DNA of 64,000 bases, taken from Anaerolineae bacterium (lineage in GTDB: Bacteria; Chloroflexota; Anaerolineae; B4-G1; SLSP01). The first letter of the stretch is position 1, and the number at the start of each line of letters is the position of its first letter. The stretch lies in contig JAXDDO010000001.1 of the NCBI GenBank assembly GCA_034676805.1, positions 4,758 through 68,757 on the forward strand. Direction: 5' to 3'. The notes under the pieces are model-generated. The model did not search any database. It saw nothing but the letters and a program-made list of their open reading frames with translations, and was not told the origin of the DNA. Of this stretch, positions 8,661 through 18,157 are shown piece after piece. The position numbers and the translations under genes were made by a program.

Positions 8661-10829
8661 ATGGTACGTCCCCCCCAGACCGATCAACCGGCATATCGCG
8701 ATCCGGATCGCCCGATCGAAGAGCGTGTGAACGACCTCGTTTCGCGCATGACGCGCGAGGAGAAGGTGTCGCAGATGGTGCACGCTGCACCCGCTATCGA
8801 GCGTCTGGGGGTGCCCGCCTACAACTGGTGGAACGAGTGTCTCCACGGCGTGGGGCGCGCGGGCATCGCCACGGTATTCCCGCAGGCCATCGGCCTTGCG
8901 GCGACCTGGGACACGGAGTTGATGCATAGTGCAGCCGTCGCGATCTCCGACGAGGCGCGAGCCAAGCATCATGCAGCGCTGGCTGAGGATGGCACGTCTG
9001 AGCAGTACTACGGACTCACGTTCTGGACGCCCAACATTAACATCTTCCGCGATCCGCGTTGGGGACGCGGGCAGGAGACCTACGGCGAGGATCCCTATTT
9101 GACCGCAAAGATGGGGGTGGCCTTTGTCCAGGGGCTGCAGGGCAAAGATCCCCACTATCTCAAGTTGGTGGCGACGCCGAAGCACTATGCAGTGCACAGC
9201 GGGCCAGAGCACGAGCGCCATCACTTTGACGCCATCGCCAGTGAGCGGGACATGCAGGAGACCTACCTGCCGGCCTTCGAGGCCACGGTGCGCGAGGCTG
9301 GTGCCTTCTCGGTGATGGGTGCCTACAACCGCACCAACGGCGAGCCGTGCTGTGCCAGCCCCACGCTGTTGCAGAAGACCCTGCGAGACCGGTGGGGGTT
9401 CGAGGGATACGTTGTGTCGGACTGTGGCGCGATCCGCGACATCTTTGCCCACCATCGGGTGGTCGACTCGCCCGAGGCAGCGGCTGCGCTGGCTGTCGCC
9501 AACGGCTGCGACCTCAATTGTGGCGAGGTCTACAAGTCGTTGCTGATAGCGCTGGAGAAGGGCTTGCTCGATGAGGTAACGATCGACCAGGCTGTGACCC
9601 GGCTCTTCACCGCAAGGTTCCGCCTGGGCATGTTCGATCCGCCCGAACGAGTGCCCTACGCTCAGGTCCCGATCGAGGCCAATGATTCGCCGGAGCACCG
9701 CGCGCTGGCGCTGCAGACGGCGCGTGAATCGATCGTGCTGCTCAAGAACGCGGACGGCTTTCTGCCGCTGGCCAAGGACCTGAAGAAGGTCGCTGTGGTT
9801 GGGCCCAATGCCGATGATCCGGTGGTGATGCTCGGGAACTACAACGGCTTCCCGTCCAGGTCGGTGACCCCTCTGGTGGGCATCCGGACGAGGGTGCACG
9901 ATGGCACCGAGGTGGTCTACGCCCAGGGGTGCGGTGTGCGCAGTAGTGATACGTCGGGGTTCGCAGCGGCTGTCGCCGCCGCACAGGGCGCCGATGTCGT
10001 GATTGCCGTGATGGGCCTCTCGCAGTTGATCGAGGGCGAGGAGGGCCAGCAGGAGGGCGTGGAAGAGGGCCAACGTAGCACTGGCGATCGCGATACCCTC
10101 GATCTTCCCGGCCTCCAGGACGAGCTGCTTCAGGCTTTGCACGCGACGGGGACCCCCATCGTGGTGGTGCTGCAGAACGGGAGCGCCGTATCTGTCAATT
10201 GGGCCGAGGAGAATGCAGCTGCGATTGTGGAGCTTTGGTATCCAGGTGAGGAGGGGGGCACGGCGCTGGCAGACGTGCTCTTTGGCGACTACAGCCCGGC
10301 GGGGCGGCTACCCGTGACCTTCTATAAGGCCGTGGACGACCTGCCGCCGTTTCGCGACTATGCGATGGAGGGTCACACGTACCGCTACTTCCGTGGCGTC
10401 CCGCTCTATCCGTTCGGCCATGGGCTCAGCTACACGACATTCGCCTACACCGGGTTGGTGCTCAGCGAGAAGACCCTTGAACCGGGTGACTCGCTAGAGG
10501 TAAGCGTCATCGTGGAGAATACCGGGGGTGTCGCTAGCGACGAGGTCGCCCAACTCTATCTGAAGGATCAGCTCGCCTCGGTGCCGGTGCCGATTCAGCA
10601 GTTGGTTGGCTTCCAACGCATTCACCTGGCCCCTGGTGAAATGCAGCGCGTGACGTTCACCGTCACGCCACGCCAGATGAGCCTGATTCTCGATGACGGG
10701 CGTCGGGCGATCGAACCCGGGGAGTTCGTGGTCTTTGTGGGTGGCGGGCAGCCGGGGACCGGTGCTTCGGGCGCCTTCGGCACGTTCACGGTCACCAACG
10801 ACGGGCCCTGGGTGATGTCGGACAGGTAG
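8661..10829 (+). CDS. Glycoside hydrolase family 3 (beta-glucosidase/beta-xylosidase type, with C-terminal FnIII-like domain)
   Basis: AAGGAGG RBS. Motifs KHYAVHSGPE, GFEGYVVSDCGA (nucleophile Asp region), LWYPGEEGG and HGLSYTTF. No signal peptide. Confidence 0.9.
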   Translation: MVRPPQTDQPAYRDPDRPIEERVNDLVSRMTREEKVSQMVHAAPAIERLGVPAYNWWNECLHGVGRAGIATVFPQAIGLAATWDTELMHSAAVAISDEARAKHHAALAEDGTSEQYYGLTFWTPNINIFRDPRWGRGQETYGEDPYLTAKMGVAFVQGLQGKDPHYLKLVATPKHYAVHSGPEHERHHFDAIASERDMQETYLPAFEATVREAGAFSVMGAYNRTNGEPCCASPTLLQKTLRDRWGFEGYVVSDCGAIRDIFAHHRVVDSPEAAAALAVANGCDLNCGEVYKSLLIALEKGLLDEVTIDQAVTRLFTARFRLGMFDPPERVPYAQVPIEANDSPEHRALALQTARESIVLLKNADGFLPLAKDLKKVAVVGPNADDPVVMLGNYNGFPSRSVTPLVGIRTRVHDGTEVVYAQGCGVRSSDTSGFAAAVAAAQGADVVIAVMGLSQLIEGEEGQQEGVEEGQRSTGDRDTLDLPGLQDELLQALHATGTPIVVVLQNGSAVSVNWAEENAAAIVELWYPGEEGGTALADVLFGDYSPAGRLPVTFYKAVDDLPPFRDYAMEGHTYRYFRGVPLYPFGHGLSYTTFAYTGLVLSEKTLEPGDSLEVSVIVENTGGVASDEVAQLYLKDQLASVPVPIQQLVGFQRIHLAPGEMQRVTFTVTPRQMSLILDDGRRAIEPGEFVVFVGGGQPGTGASGAFGTFTVTNDGPWVMSDR

Positions 10830-10858
10830 CGGGTGGCAGCGGTGTCATGATGGTTCCC

Positions 10859-10883
10859 GTGGGGCGGGCCTGGCTCGCCCCAC
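10859..10883 (+). terminator. Hairpin after the GH3 gene (candidate intrinsic terminator)
   Basis: GTGGGGCG / CGCCCCAC 8-bp stem with a 9-nt loop, followed by GTTGTTC. Confidence 0.4.
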
Positions 10884-10907
10884 GTTGTTCGGGAGTGGAG
10901 GATACAC

Positions 10908-12116
10908 ATGGATGCTCATCCGATTGTGGTTGCCGGTCACACCTGTCTCGATGTCATTCCTACCCTGCCTCCGGCGGAGAGCAATCTTGCGGCTTTGCTG
11001 ATGCCCGGCACGCTGCGCCGGGTCGGACCGCTGTCAGTTGCCACTGGCGGCGCTGTCCCGAACACCGGTCTGGCGCTACACCGGCTTGGCACGCCTGTGC
11101 GTCTGGTTGGCAAGGTGGGGGACGATCTGGTGGGCGGCGCGATCCTGGAGATCATCGCCGGGCACAGCCCCTCGCTTACCGGTACGATGGTCGTCGTGCC
11201 GGGTGACAGCAGTTCATATACCGTGATCCTCAGCTCTCCGGGCCTGGATCGAGCCTTTCTGCATTACCCCGGGCCCAACGACACCTTTTGTGCCGCTGAC
11301 GTGCCCGATGCCGCGCTATCCGGTGCGCGGCTGTTTCATTTCGGTTACCCCCCGCTCATGCGCGGGATCTACCTGGAGGACGGACGCGAGCTGGTCGCGC
11401 TTTTACAGCGCGCCAGGGGACATGGGCTGGTCACTTCCCTGGACATCTCGGCGCCCGATCCCGATTCCGAAGCGGGTCACGTCGACTGGCACGGCTATCT
11501 TTCGCACGTCCTGCCCTACGTCGACCTGTTCTTGCCGGGTTTTGAGGAGACCTTGTGGATGGTCGACCGGGCGCGATATGCCGACCTGGTAGCGCAGGCG
11601 GGCGAAGCAGGCCCGCTAACGCGCGCCGATGGCAAGCTGCTGGGCGAGCTATCGCGCGCGCTCCTGGACATGGGTGCGGCGGTGGTTGGGTTGAAGCTGG
11701 GCGATCAGGGCATGTACCTACGCACGACGCGTGATCCGGACCGTCTTTCAGCTGTTACCGAGCCCATGGGCCTCAGTCTGCGCCGCTGGCTGGACCGCGA
11801 GTTGTTGGCCCCGGCCTTTGAGGCACGCCTCGTGGGGACCACCGGAGCCGGTGACTGCGCCGTGGCGGGTTTCCTCATGGGGTTAGTCCAGGGCCTCGAT
11901 GCTGAGGCCGTGCTCACAGCCGCCGTGGCCGTGGGCGCCTGCAACGTGGAAGCAGCCGACGCCGTTAGCGGCGTTCCTGGGTGGGGACAGGTGCAGCGGC
12001 GTATTGCCGCTGGTTGGGCCCGGCTCCCGACACGGCTGGCGCTGCGCAGCTGGGGCTGGGAGGTCGATCGGGGATTGTGGTTCGGTCCCGGGGATCGCGG
12101 GGGGACGCTTGCCTGA
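10908..12116 (+). CDS. PfkB-family carbohydrate kinase
   Basis: GGAGG RBS. Motifs GGAVPNTG and the C-terminal TGAGDCAVAGFLMG (PfkB signature 2). Longer than typical (402 aa). Confidence 0.8.
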   Translation: MDAHPIVVAGHTCLDVIPTLPPAESNLAALLMPGTLRRVGPLSVATGGAVPNTGLALHRLGTPVRLVGKVGDDLVGGAILEIIAGHSPSLTGTMVVVPGDSSSYTVILSSPGLDRAFLHYPGPNDTFCAADVPDAALSGARLFHFGYPPLMRGIYLEDGRELVALLQRARGHGLVTSLDISAPDPDSEAGHVDWHGYLSHVLPYVDLFLPGFEETLWMVDRARYADLVAQAGEAGPLTRADGKLLGELSRALLDMGAAVVGLKLGDQGMYLRTTRDPDRLSAVTEPMGLSLRRWLDRELLAPAFEARLVGTTGAGDCAVAGFLMGLVQGLDAEAVLTAAVAVGACNVEAADAVSGVPGWGQVQRRIAAGWARLPTRLALRSWGWEVDRGLWFGPGDRGGTLA

Positions 12117-12128
12117 GGCCTGATCCAC

Positions 12129-12156
12129 TTGCCGCTCAGGGTCATCCGGTTATACT
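12129..12156 (+). promoter_or_regulatory. Sigma-70-like promoter candidate for sulfatase 1 / MFS
   Basis: TTGCCG (12129-12134), 16-nt spacer, TATACT (12151-12156). Confidence 0.45.
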
Positions 12157-12212
12157 GGTGCGACTTGGGGCGTGGCCTCCTTGCGGGGCTCACGCTTGAA
12201 TAGGAGACGATA

Positions 12213-13595
12213 TTGGCGCGCCCTAACATCCTGCTGATCTACGCCGATCAACACCGCTTCGATTGTGTGGGGGCCAACGGACATCCGTTGGTCGAGACCC
12301 CGAATCTAGACCGTCTGGCGCGTGAAGGTCTCAACTTCACGCAAGCTCATACTCCGATCCCTGTGTGCGTGCCAGCCCGCAACTGCTTTGTGCACGGGCA
12401 ATGGTCGACACGGCATCTGGCCATCGCCAATCACGATACCGAGGCACCGCGCCCGCCTGACCCCGGGCTCCCAACCTTTGGACAGGTGTTGCGCGAGGCC
12501 GGCTACGCCTTGGGATGGGTGGGCAAGTGGCACGTTCATCCGCACCTGGGCCCCACCGACCCAGCCTATGGGTTCCACACCTATATCGACGAACGCGAGT
12601 ACTATAGCTGGCGTGCGCAGCGGGGCTTTCCCCCGCGTCCCCGTGACGTAGGATGGACCGGGGGTCTGGACCCGGACGTCCCACCCGCGGCAACTCGCCT
12701 CGCATGGGGCGCCGACCAGACGTTGGAGCTTTTGGAGAGCCTCGCGCACCAAGACGAACCGTTCTTCATCCGGTGGGACCCCTCTGAACCGCACCTGCCC
12801 AACGTTGTACCCGAGCCGTATGCCTCGCTCTATCCGCCGGAGGCGATCGCACCGTGGCCCAGCTTCCCCGATCCACTGGTGGGCAAGCCCTACATCCAGG
12901 CACAGATGCGGCGCACCTGGGGGGTTGCTGACTGGACATGGGACCAGTGGGCCCCAATCGTGGGGCGATACCTGGGCGAGATCGCTCTGCTGGATGCACA
13001 GATAGGTCGGCTCTTGGCTGCGCTCGACAGGCTGGGGCTCGCGGACAACACGCTCGTAGTCTACTCGGCCGACCACGGCGATATGTGTGGTGGGCACGGA
13101 ATGGTAGACAAGCACTTCATCATGTACGATGACGTGGTGCGGGTGCCGCTGCTCGCGCGCTGGCCTGCGCGGATCGCTCCGCGAGGGGCATGTGACGCTT
13201 TCGTGTCGAACGCGATCGACCTGGCGGCGACGTTCTGCGATGTGGCGGGCGCGCCGGTGCCCGACACCTTCCAGGGGCAGAGCCTCTCGCCGATCTTCGA
13301 TGGCGCGCCGGGAAACGGACGCGAAGACATCTTCTGTGTCTACCACGGCAATCAGTTTGGGCTGTACAGCCAGCGCATGGTGCGAGACCGGCGCTGGAAA
13401 TACGTGTGGAACGCAACCGCCGAGGATGAGCTCTACGATCTGAATGCAGATCCTGGGGAGATTCGCAACCTTGTGTCAGAGGTCGGGTGCCGGGCACAAC
13501 GCGAGCGGCTCCAGGAGCGGTTGGTGGCGTGGATGGAACAGACCGGCGACCGGCTGCTCAACTCGGGTACGCGTGCCGCAATGACTGCGCGGTGA
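12213..13595 (+). CDS. Sulfatase (Cys-type, formylglycine-dependent family)
   Basis: TTG start with AGGAG at 12202-12206. N-terminal ILLIYADQHR. C-x-P-x-R core CVPAR (Cys codon 12366-12368). No signal peptide. Confidence 0.85.
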   Translation: MARPNILLIYADQHRFDCVGANGHPLVETPNLDRLAREGLNFTQAHTPIPVCVPARNCFVHGQWSTRHLAIANHDTEAPRPPDPGLPTFGQVLREAGYALGWVGKWHVHPHLGPTDPAYGFHTYIDEREYYSWRAQRGFPPRPRDVGWTGGLDPDVPPAATRLAWGADQTLELLESLAHQDEPFFIRWDPSEPHLPNVVPEPYASLYPPEAIAPWPSFPDPLVGKPYIQAQMRRTWGVADWTWDQWAPIVGRYLGEIALLDAQIGRLLAALDRLGLADNTLVVYSADHGDMCGGHGMVDKHFIMYDDVVRVPLLARWPARIAPRGACDAFVSNAIDLAATFCDVAGAPVPDTFQGQSLSPIFDGAPGNGREDIFCVYHGNQFGLYSQRMVRDRRWKYVWNATAEDELYDLNADPGEIRNLVSEVGCRAQRERLQERLVAWMEQTGDRLLNSGTRAAMTAR

Positions 13596-13650
13596 TGCAG
13601 CGCGAGCGGTGTCGCCGGGGGGCAGCGTACGTCTGCTGGACGGAGGTGGT

Positions 13651-14979
13651 GTGCAGCTAGTAAGCCGGCTGGGGCAGCGGTTGCGTATCTGGTTTGCACG
13701 AATGGACCCGTACCTGGTGCGGGGCGTGGCGCGCTACTACCGGAAGGGCATGCAGCTCTTCTGGTGGTACGGGGTGTTCCTCTCACTATCCTCCGCGTTT
13801 GTTGACTCTTACATCACCCTCTTCATACTCTCGCTTGGGGGGTCCCGGCTTCAGGTCGGGTCGCTGTCTTCGCTGGCCAGTCTTTTCGGTCTCTTGCTGC
13901 CGCTACCGGGCGCCCAATGGGCGGCGCGGTGGGGCAAGCGCAAACCCGTGGTCGTTATCTCGTTCGGGTTGCGTTACGTTGCGCTCTTGGCGGCACTGAG
14001 TGCACCGCTTTTCGCGGCAGGCCCGGCCCTCGTGGGTGTCGTGATCGGGTGCTTCGCGCTGCGAGCGGCGTTCCTGCATCTGGGCAACTCCCCTTGGACG
14101 TCATTTGTGGGCGAGCTTATGCCGCCGGCAAGGCGCGGGCGTTACTTCTCGTCGCGCAAGATGGCGATGGCTATCGCCACGCTGATCTTCGTGCCGGCCG
14201 CCGGGCAGTTGATTGCCCTCTTCCGGGAGCCGACCGGCTATCAGGTCTCGTTCTTCGTGGCCCTGGTCTGCGGCGCGGTGGGGCTCTATCTGTTCAGCCG
14301 GATTCCTGAGCGCGCCCCGGTTGTACCCGCGAAGCAGGAGCGCCTGAACCTTGCCTTCTGGAAACTGCTCCGCCGCACACCGACCTTCTGGCGCTTCGCA
14401 CTTACCGCCATGCTCTTCAACTTCTCGTGGCAGTTCAGCGCGCCCTACTTTGGCGTGTATCAGGTGGAGGTTCTTGGGGCGACTGCGCGTATCATCGGGT
14501 GGATGGCGATGATCCAGGCCTTCATGCGTGTGGTTGGCCAGTACATTTGGGGACGGCTGGTAGACCGGCGTGGCGCGGCCTGGACCTTCACCCTGTGTAT
14601 GCTCTTTATACCGCTCTTGCCCTTTCTGTGGTTGCCGCTCACCAGCCCGTGGCAACTCGTCTTCGTTCTCGCGCCCAGTGGGTTCCTGTGGGCCGGGCAG
14701 GAGGTCGCCATTTTCAACCTGATCTTCGATCTTGCCGGCGAAGAACGGCAGACTGAGGCCATTGCGAGTTACAACACACTGCAAGCTATGGCCAACATCG
14801 CCGGGCCGCTGCTCGGTGGCCAGGTCGTGCAGCTTCTGGGATATCGCTGGGACTTCGTGCTGTCGGGGATCGGCCGGTTCGCAGCAGCGATTCTGTTTCT
14901 GGCGGTACTGAAACCTTTCGATCTGCGCAAGTTTGTGCGCTTGCGTTTGGGCCATCGCGCCGAGGCTGATAGCACCTGA
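13651..14979 (+). CDS. MFS transporter
   Basis: ORF 13609..14979. GTG 13651 follows GGAGG (13642-13646); alternative starts are 13609 and 13702. About 12 hydrophobic segments and MFS loop motifs (WGKRKP, GRLVDRRG). Confidence 0.8.
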   Translation: MQLVSRLGQRLRIWFARMDPYLVRGVARYYRKGMQLFWWYGVFLSLSSAFVDSYITLFILSLGGSRLQVGSLSSLASLFGLLLPLPGAQWAARWGKRKPVVVISFGLRYVALLAALSAPLFAAGPALVGVVIGCFALRAAFLHLGNSPWTSFVGELMPPARRGRYFSSRKMAMAIATLIFVPAAGQLIALFREPTGYQVSFFVALVCGAVGLYLFSRIPERAPVVPAKQERLNLAFWKLLRRTPTFWRFALTAMLFNFSWQFSAPYFGVYQVEVLGATARIIGWMAMIQAFMRVVGQYIWGRLVDRRGAAWTFTLCMLFIPLLPFLWLPLTSPWQLVFVLAPSGFLWAGQEVAIFNLIFDLAGEERQTEAIASYNTLQAMANIAGPLLGGQVVQLLGYRWDFVLSGIGRFAAAILFLAVLKPFDLRKFVRLRLGHRAEADST

Positions 14980-15015
14980 CAGAAGCGCCGGCAGCTCAGC
15001 GAACTGCCCGGTGAG

Positions 15016-15043
15016 TTGCAGATGGGACGCCACGACGTATGAT
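15016..15043 (+). promoter_or_regulatory. Sigma-70-like promoter candidate inside the locus
   Basis: TTGCAG (15016-15021), 16-nt spacer, TATGAT (15038-15043), 50 nt upstream of the 15093 start. Confidence 0.45.
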
Positions 15044-15092
15044 AGGGGGCAAGCCCCACAGGCCGAAGCCAGGGTCGAAGACGGAGAGCATT

Positions 15093-16490
15093 ATGCGAAA
15101 CGGCACGATCCAGAAGATCATCACCCTTTTCAAAGAGGCGCTCCACGGTCTGGGGGCTGGGGTCTCCCCAACCCAGCTCGAGGCACTGGCCGCCATGGTC
15201 CACGAAGCGATGACGGTTCAGGCCCGCAGCTTTCACACGCCTGAGCACATCTTCGAGCTCTCGGACGCTTCACACCCCATACAGGCATTGGCGGCGCTCT
15301 TCCACGACGTGGTTTACTACGAGATCGATCAGGGATTCACGCCCGATATCCAGCGCGTGTTAGCGCCCTATATCCAGGAGACTGACGGACAGCTCAGTCT
15401 CACCGAGGGTGTGAGCCGGAAGGATGTTCTGTACTACCTCACCCTCGATATCTTCGGGTATCGGCCGGGGCAATTGCTCGTACCTGCCCAGGGGCAGAAC
15501 GAGTTCCTCAGTGCCCTGTTGATGAACGAAAAGCTGAACGGCACCGTCTCTGTCAGGGACCTGGTCAAGGTCACGGCCTGCATTGAGGCGACCATTCCGT
15601 TCCGGGGACGGAACGCCGAGGGCGAATCGCCTGCGGAGGTCTTGGAGAGCCGGCTACAGCGCGTGAGTTTCGATTACGCTCTACCGCTGTCGAGAGCTGA
15701 GATCGAGGAGGCTGTTCGGCAGGCGGTGGCCTTTTCCAACAGGGATGTGGAGAACTTCTCGGAGCGTGACACGGGACGGTTCCTGGATAATACCTGGAAG
15801 CTGCTGCCCGAAACCAATCCGTCGCTGCGCCATACGGGGATCTACACCATCACGAGCTATCGGCGTGCGCTGCAACGGATGGAAGCCTTCTTGAACCAGC
15901 TGGACCCGGAGACGGTCTTCAATCAGTACCGGGACGAGCCATCGCCGGGACAGTACCAACGTATGGTGGCGCTGGCGCACCGCAACGTGCACACGGGGCG
16001 CCAGTATCTGGGGTTGAAGCTGCTGGCGATCGGCCTCCTGGAAGGGCTGGCGATGGTCTCGGGCGGCGACGCGCCCGTGGCACTGCTTATGGGAGGCATT
16101 GAGGACGCCGAGGACGCTCGCCGGATGGAGGATCTCCTCCCTGATGTCTCGTCGGTGCCCTCGGTGGATGAATCGTCCACGCTCTTCGGCCTGCTGGCGT
16201 TTGGGCGTGCCAGTTCGTCCAGTTTCGATATGCAGAACTCACCACTCTCGCTCTTCCTGTTCAAGGTGTTGGGTTGGGAGCACGCCAGGCAGTTGCTCGG
16301 TCAGGCGAAGCTGATGTTCGATGACCAGATCGATGCGGCGACGTTCCTGGAGCGAATGCCGGCCAGCGTGGTCGTGCCGGTGGCCAAGGCTTCTGCAGAG
16401 CTAGCCAGTACGCGTCGCGCCACGCTCATGGCCTATGCCGAGATGCGCCTCCGCGTCGCGGGACTTCAGCCAGCCATCCATCGATCCTGA
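15093..16490 (+). CDS. Uncharacterised protein with an HD-superfamily-like N-terminal region (COG4339-style H...HD)
   Basis: ORF 15039..16490, trimmed to ATG 15093 (GGAGAG RBS). FHTPEHIF...ALFHDVVYY...QNEFLSA resembles the YHNxxH...FHDxxY...NExxSA pattern as I recall it. The C-terminal ~300 aa is unrecognised. Confidence 0.45.
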   Translation: MRNGTIQKIITLFKEALHGLGAGVSPTQLEALAAMVHEAMTVQARSFHTPEHIFELSDASHPIQALAALFHDVVYYEIDQGFTPDIQRVLAPYIQETDGQLSLTEGVSRKDVLYYLTLDIFGYRPGQLLVPAQGQNEFLSALLMNEKLNGTVSVRDLVKVTACIEATIPFRGRNAEGESPAEVLESRLQRVSFDYALPLSRAEIEEAVRQAVAFSNRDVENFSERDTGRFLDNTWKLLPETNPSLRHTGIYTITSYRRALQRMEAFLNQLDPETVFNQYRDEPSPGQYQRMVALAHRNVHTGRQYLGLKLLAIGLLEGLAMVSGGDAPVALLMGGIEDAEDARRMEDLLPDVSSVPSVDESSTLFGLLAFGRASSSSFDMQNSPLSLFLFKVLGWEHARQLLGQAKLMFDDQIDAATFLERMPASVVVPVAKASAELASTRRATLMAYAEMRLRVAGLQPAIHRS

Positions 16491-16621
16491 CGCGCCGGCG
16501 GGTCGCGCGCCCGCACGTTGGCCTCCCAAGGAGCAGCTGAAGCCCTTCGCTTCGGGGCAGGCTGGACACACCGCGACCCGCGCAGCCTGGAGCGAGATCG
16601 TTCCGTCGTCAAGGAGAGGTG

Positions 16622-18142
16622 ATGAACGTCATAGTCATCCTGTGTGATACGCTGCGGCGTGACCACTGCGGTCCCTATCATCAAGGGCGTCCGCTCAACC
16701 GTTGTTGGAGCGATGAGGCCCCCGATTGGGTTGTGCCCACGCCAAACATGGACCGGCTGGCCGCCCGCGGCACGGTGTTCGACCAGTGTTACTGCGGCAG
16801 CACCCCCTGTATGCCGGCGCGACGCGATATCTACACCGGGCGCTACGAGTTCCTGGAGCGCGGGTGGGGCCCGCTTGCTGAGGAGGATCGCGATCTTCCG
16901 CGCCAGGTCTCTGGCCCGCCCAACCGGTCGGTGCAGTGGGCGGTGGCGCAGGGCTACAAAGTAAGCTACCTGATCACCGATCACTTCCATCTTTGGGAAC
17001 AAGGTTCGGGGAACTACCATATGGGCTATACCGGCTTCGACTTCGTGCGAGGTTGTGAAGCCGATGCGTTCTATACCGCCCCGGAAGGTGATTTCCCGAT
17101 CCCTGAGGGCGACCGGTACAGCAAGAACGAGCGCCACTGGCGCAATGTGCACCATATCCGCCAGTCCGAAGGTGACTTCTTCTGCGCCCAAGTCTTCCAG
17201 AAGGCAGCTGCCTGGTTGGAGCAGAATCGCAGCTACCGGGACTTCTACCTGCATCTGGACATCTTCGATCCTCACGAGCCCTGGGACCCGCCTGAGGACT
17301 TGCTCAAGCTTTTCGATCCCCGCGGCTATGATGTGCCAGGTATGACGGCGGCGGCGCCTTACGCCAAGTGGCGCGAGGCGCTGACGGAATCGCAGTTCCA
17401 CGCCTTCCGCGCGCGCTACGCTGCCAAGGTCGTCTTCCTCGATCGCTGGCTGGGCCACCTCTTCGACAGGCTGGACCGGCTGGATTTGTGGAAGGACACA
17501 CTCGTCATTCTCACGACGGACCACGCAACCTTCAATGGAGACCATGGTCGTATCGGAAAGCTGCAAACGCACGAGTTTGACGCGGTGGGTCATATTCCGT
17601 TTATCGTGGCACACCCTACGCTGGCCCACGGCGAACACCGGGCGCAGTTGGTGCAGTTGGTCGATCTGTATCCGACCGTGTTGGCTGCCACCGGGCGCCC
17701 GTTGCCTGAGCTCCCGGAGGGCCAGCGTCTCCACGGAGTCGATCTGCTCCCGGTGCTCGCGGACGCGAACGCGCCGACGCGCGACTACGCCATTTACGGT
17801 CAGTTCGGCAAGAGCGTCTCGTTCACCGATGGCGAGTGGGTGCTGCACCAGTCGCCGGTCGCGGACAACCAGCCGCTCTATTGGTATGACTACGCGCTGT
17901 CCAAGTTCCTTCATTACGATCTCGGTCCCTATATCAACGGGCGGCGCCGCGTGCTCGCTTGTGAATCCTGGCCTGAGCCCACCTGGCTCAGTTACAAGCC
18001 GGACGACATGAACGAGCTGCACAACCTCGCTGAGCGGGAGCCCCGGCGCCTGCACGAGATGCAGCGTGCGCTGAAGGATATGCTCGTTCGCCTTGGTGCG
18101 CCGTCAGAGCAGCTCGATCGGCTGGGGTTGCGGGATTTCTAG
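16622..18142 (+). CDS. Sulfatase (Cys-type)
   Basis: AAGGAG at 16611-16616, then ATG 16622. N-terminal ILCDTLRRD. Core CMPARRDIYTG (Cys codon 16808-16810). No signal peptide. Confidence 0.85.
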   Translation: MNVIVILCDTLRRDHCGPYHQGRPLNRCWSDEAPDWVVPTPNMDRLAARGTVFDQCYCGSTPCMPARRDIYTGRYEFLERGWGPLAEEDRDLPRQVSGPPNRSVQWAVAQGYKVSYLITDHFHLWEQGSGNYHMGYTGFDFVRGCEADAFYTAPEGDFPIPEGDRYSKNERHWRNVHHIRQSEGDFFCAQVFQKAAAWLEQNRSYRDFYLHLDIFDPHEPWDPPEDLLKLFDPRGYDVPGMTAAAPYAKWREALTESQFHAFRARYAAKVVFLDRWLGHLFDRLDRLDLWKDTLVILTTDHATFNGDHGRIGKLQTHEFDAVGHIPFIVAHPTLAHGEHRAQLVQLVDLYPTVLAATGRPLPELPEGQRLHGVDLLPVLADANAPTRDYAIYGQFGKSVSFTDGEWVLHQSPVADNQPLYWYDYALSKFLHYDLGPYINGRRRVLACESWPEPTWLSYKPDDMNELHNLAEREPRRLHEMQRALKDMLVRLGAPSEQLDRLGLRDF

Positions 18143-18157
18143 GATAGGAGAGGCACG

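Noticed and set aside
16466-18055. 529-aa ORF on the minus strand, antisense to the second sulfatase. Similar long antisense ORFs occur at 8655-10142, 12306-13346, 14101-15033, 20419-21624, 44492-45715, 56312-57448, 59227-60198 and 61205-62365.
   Set aside because: These are typical shadow ORFs of GC-rich DNA. They are Arg/Gly/Pro/His-rich with no recognisable motifs and no RBS. Each lies fully opposite a gene with clear family signatures.
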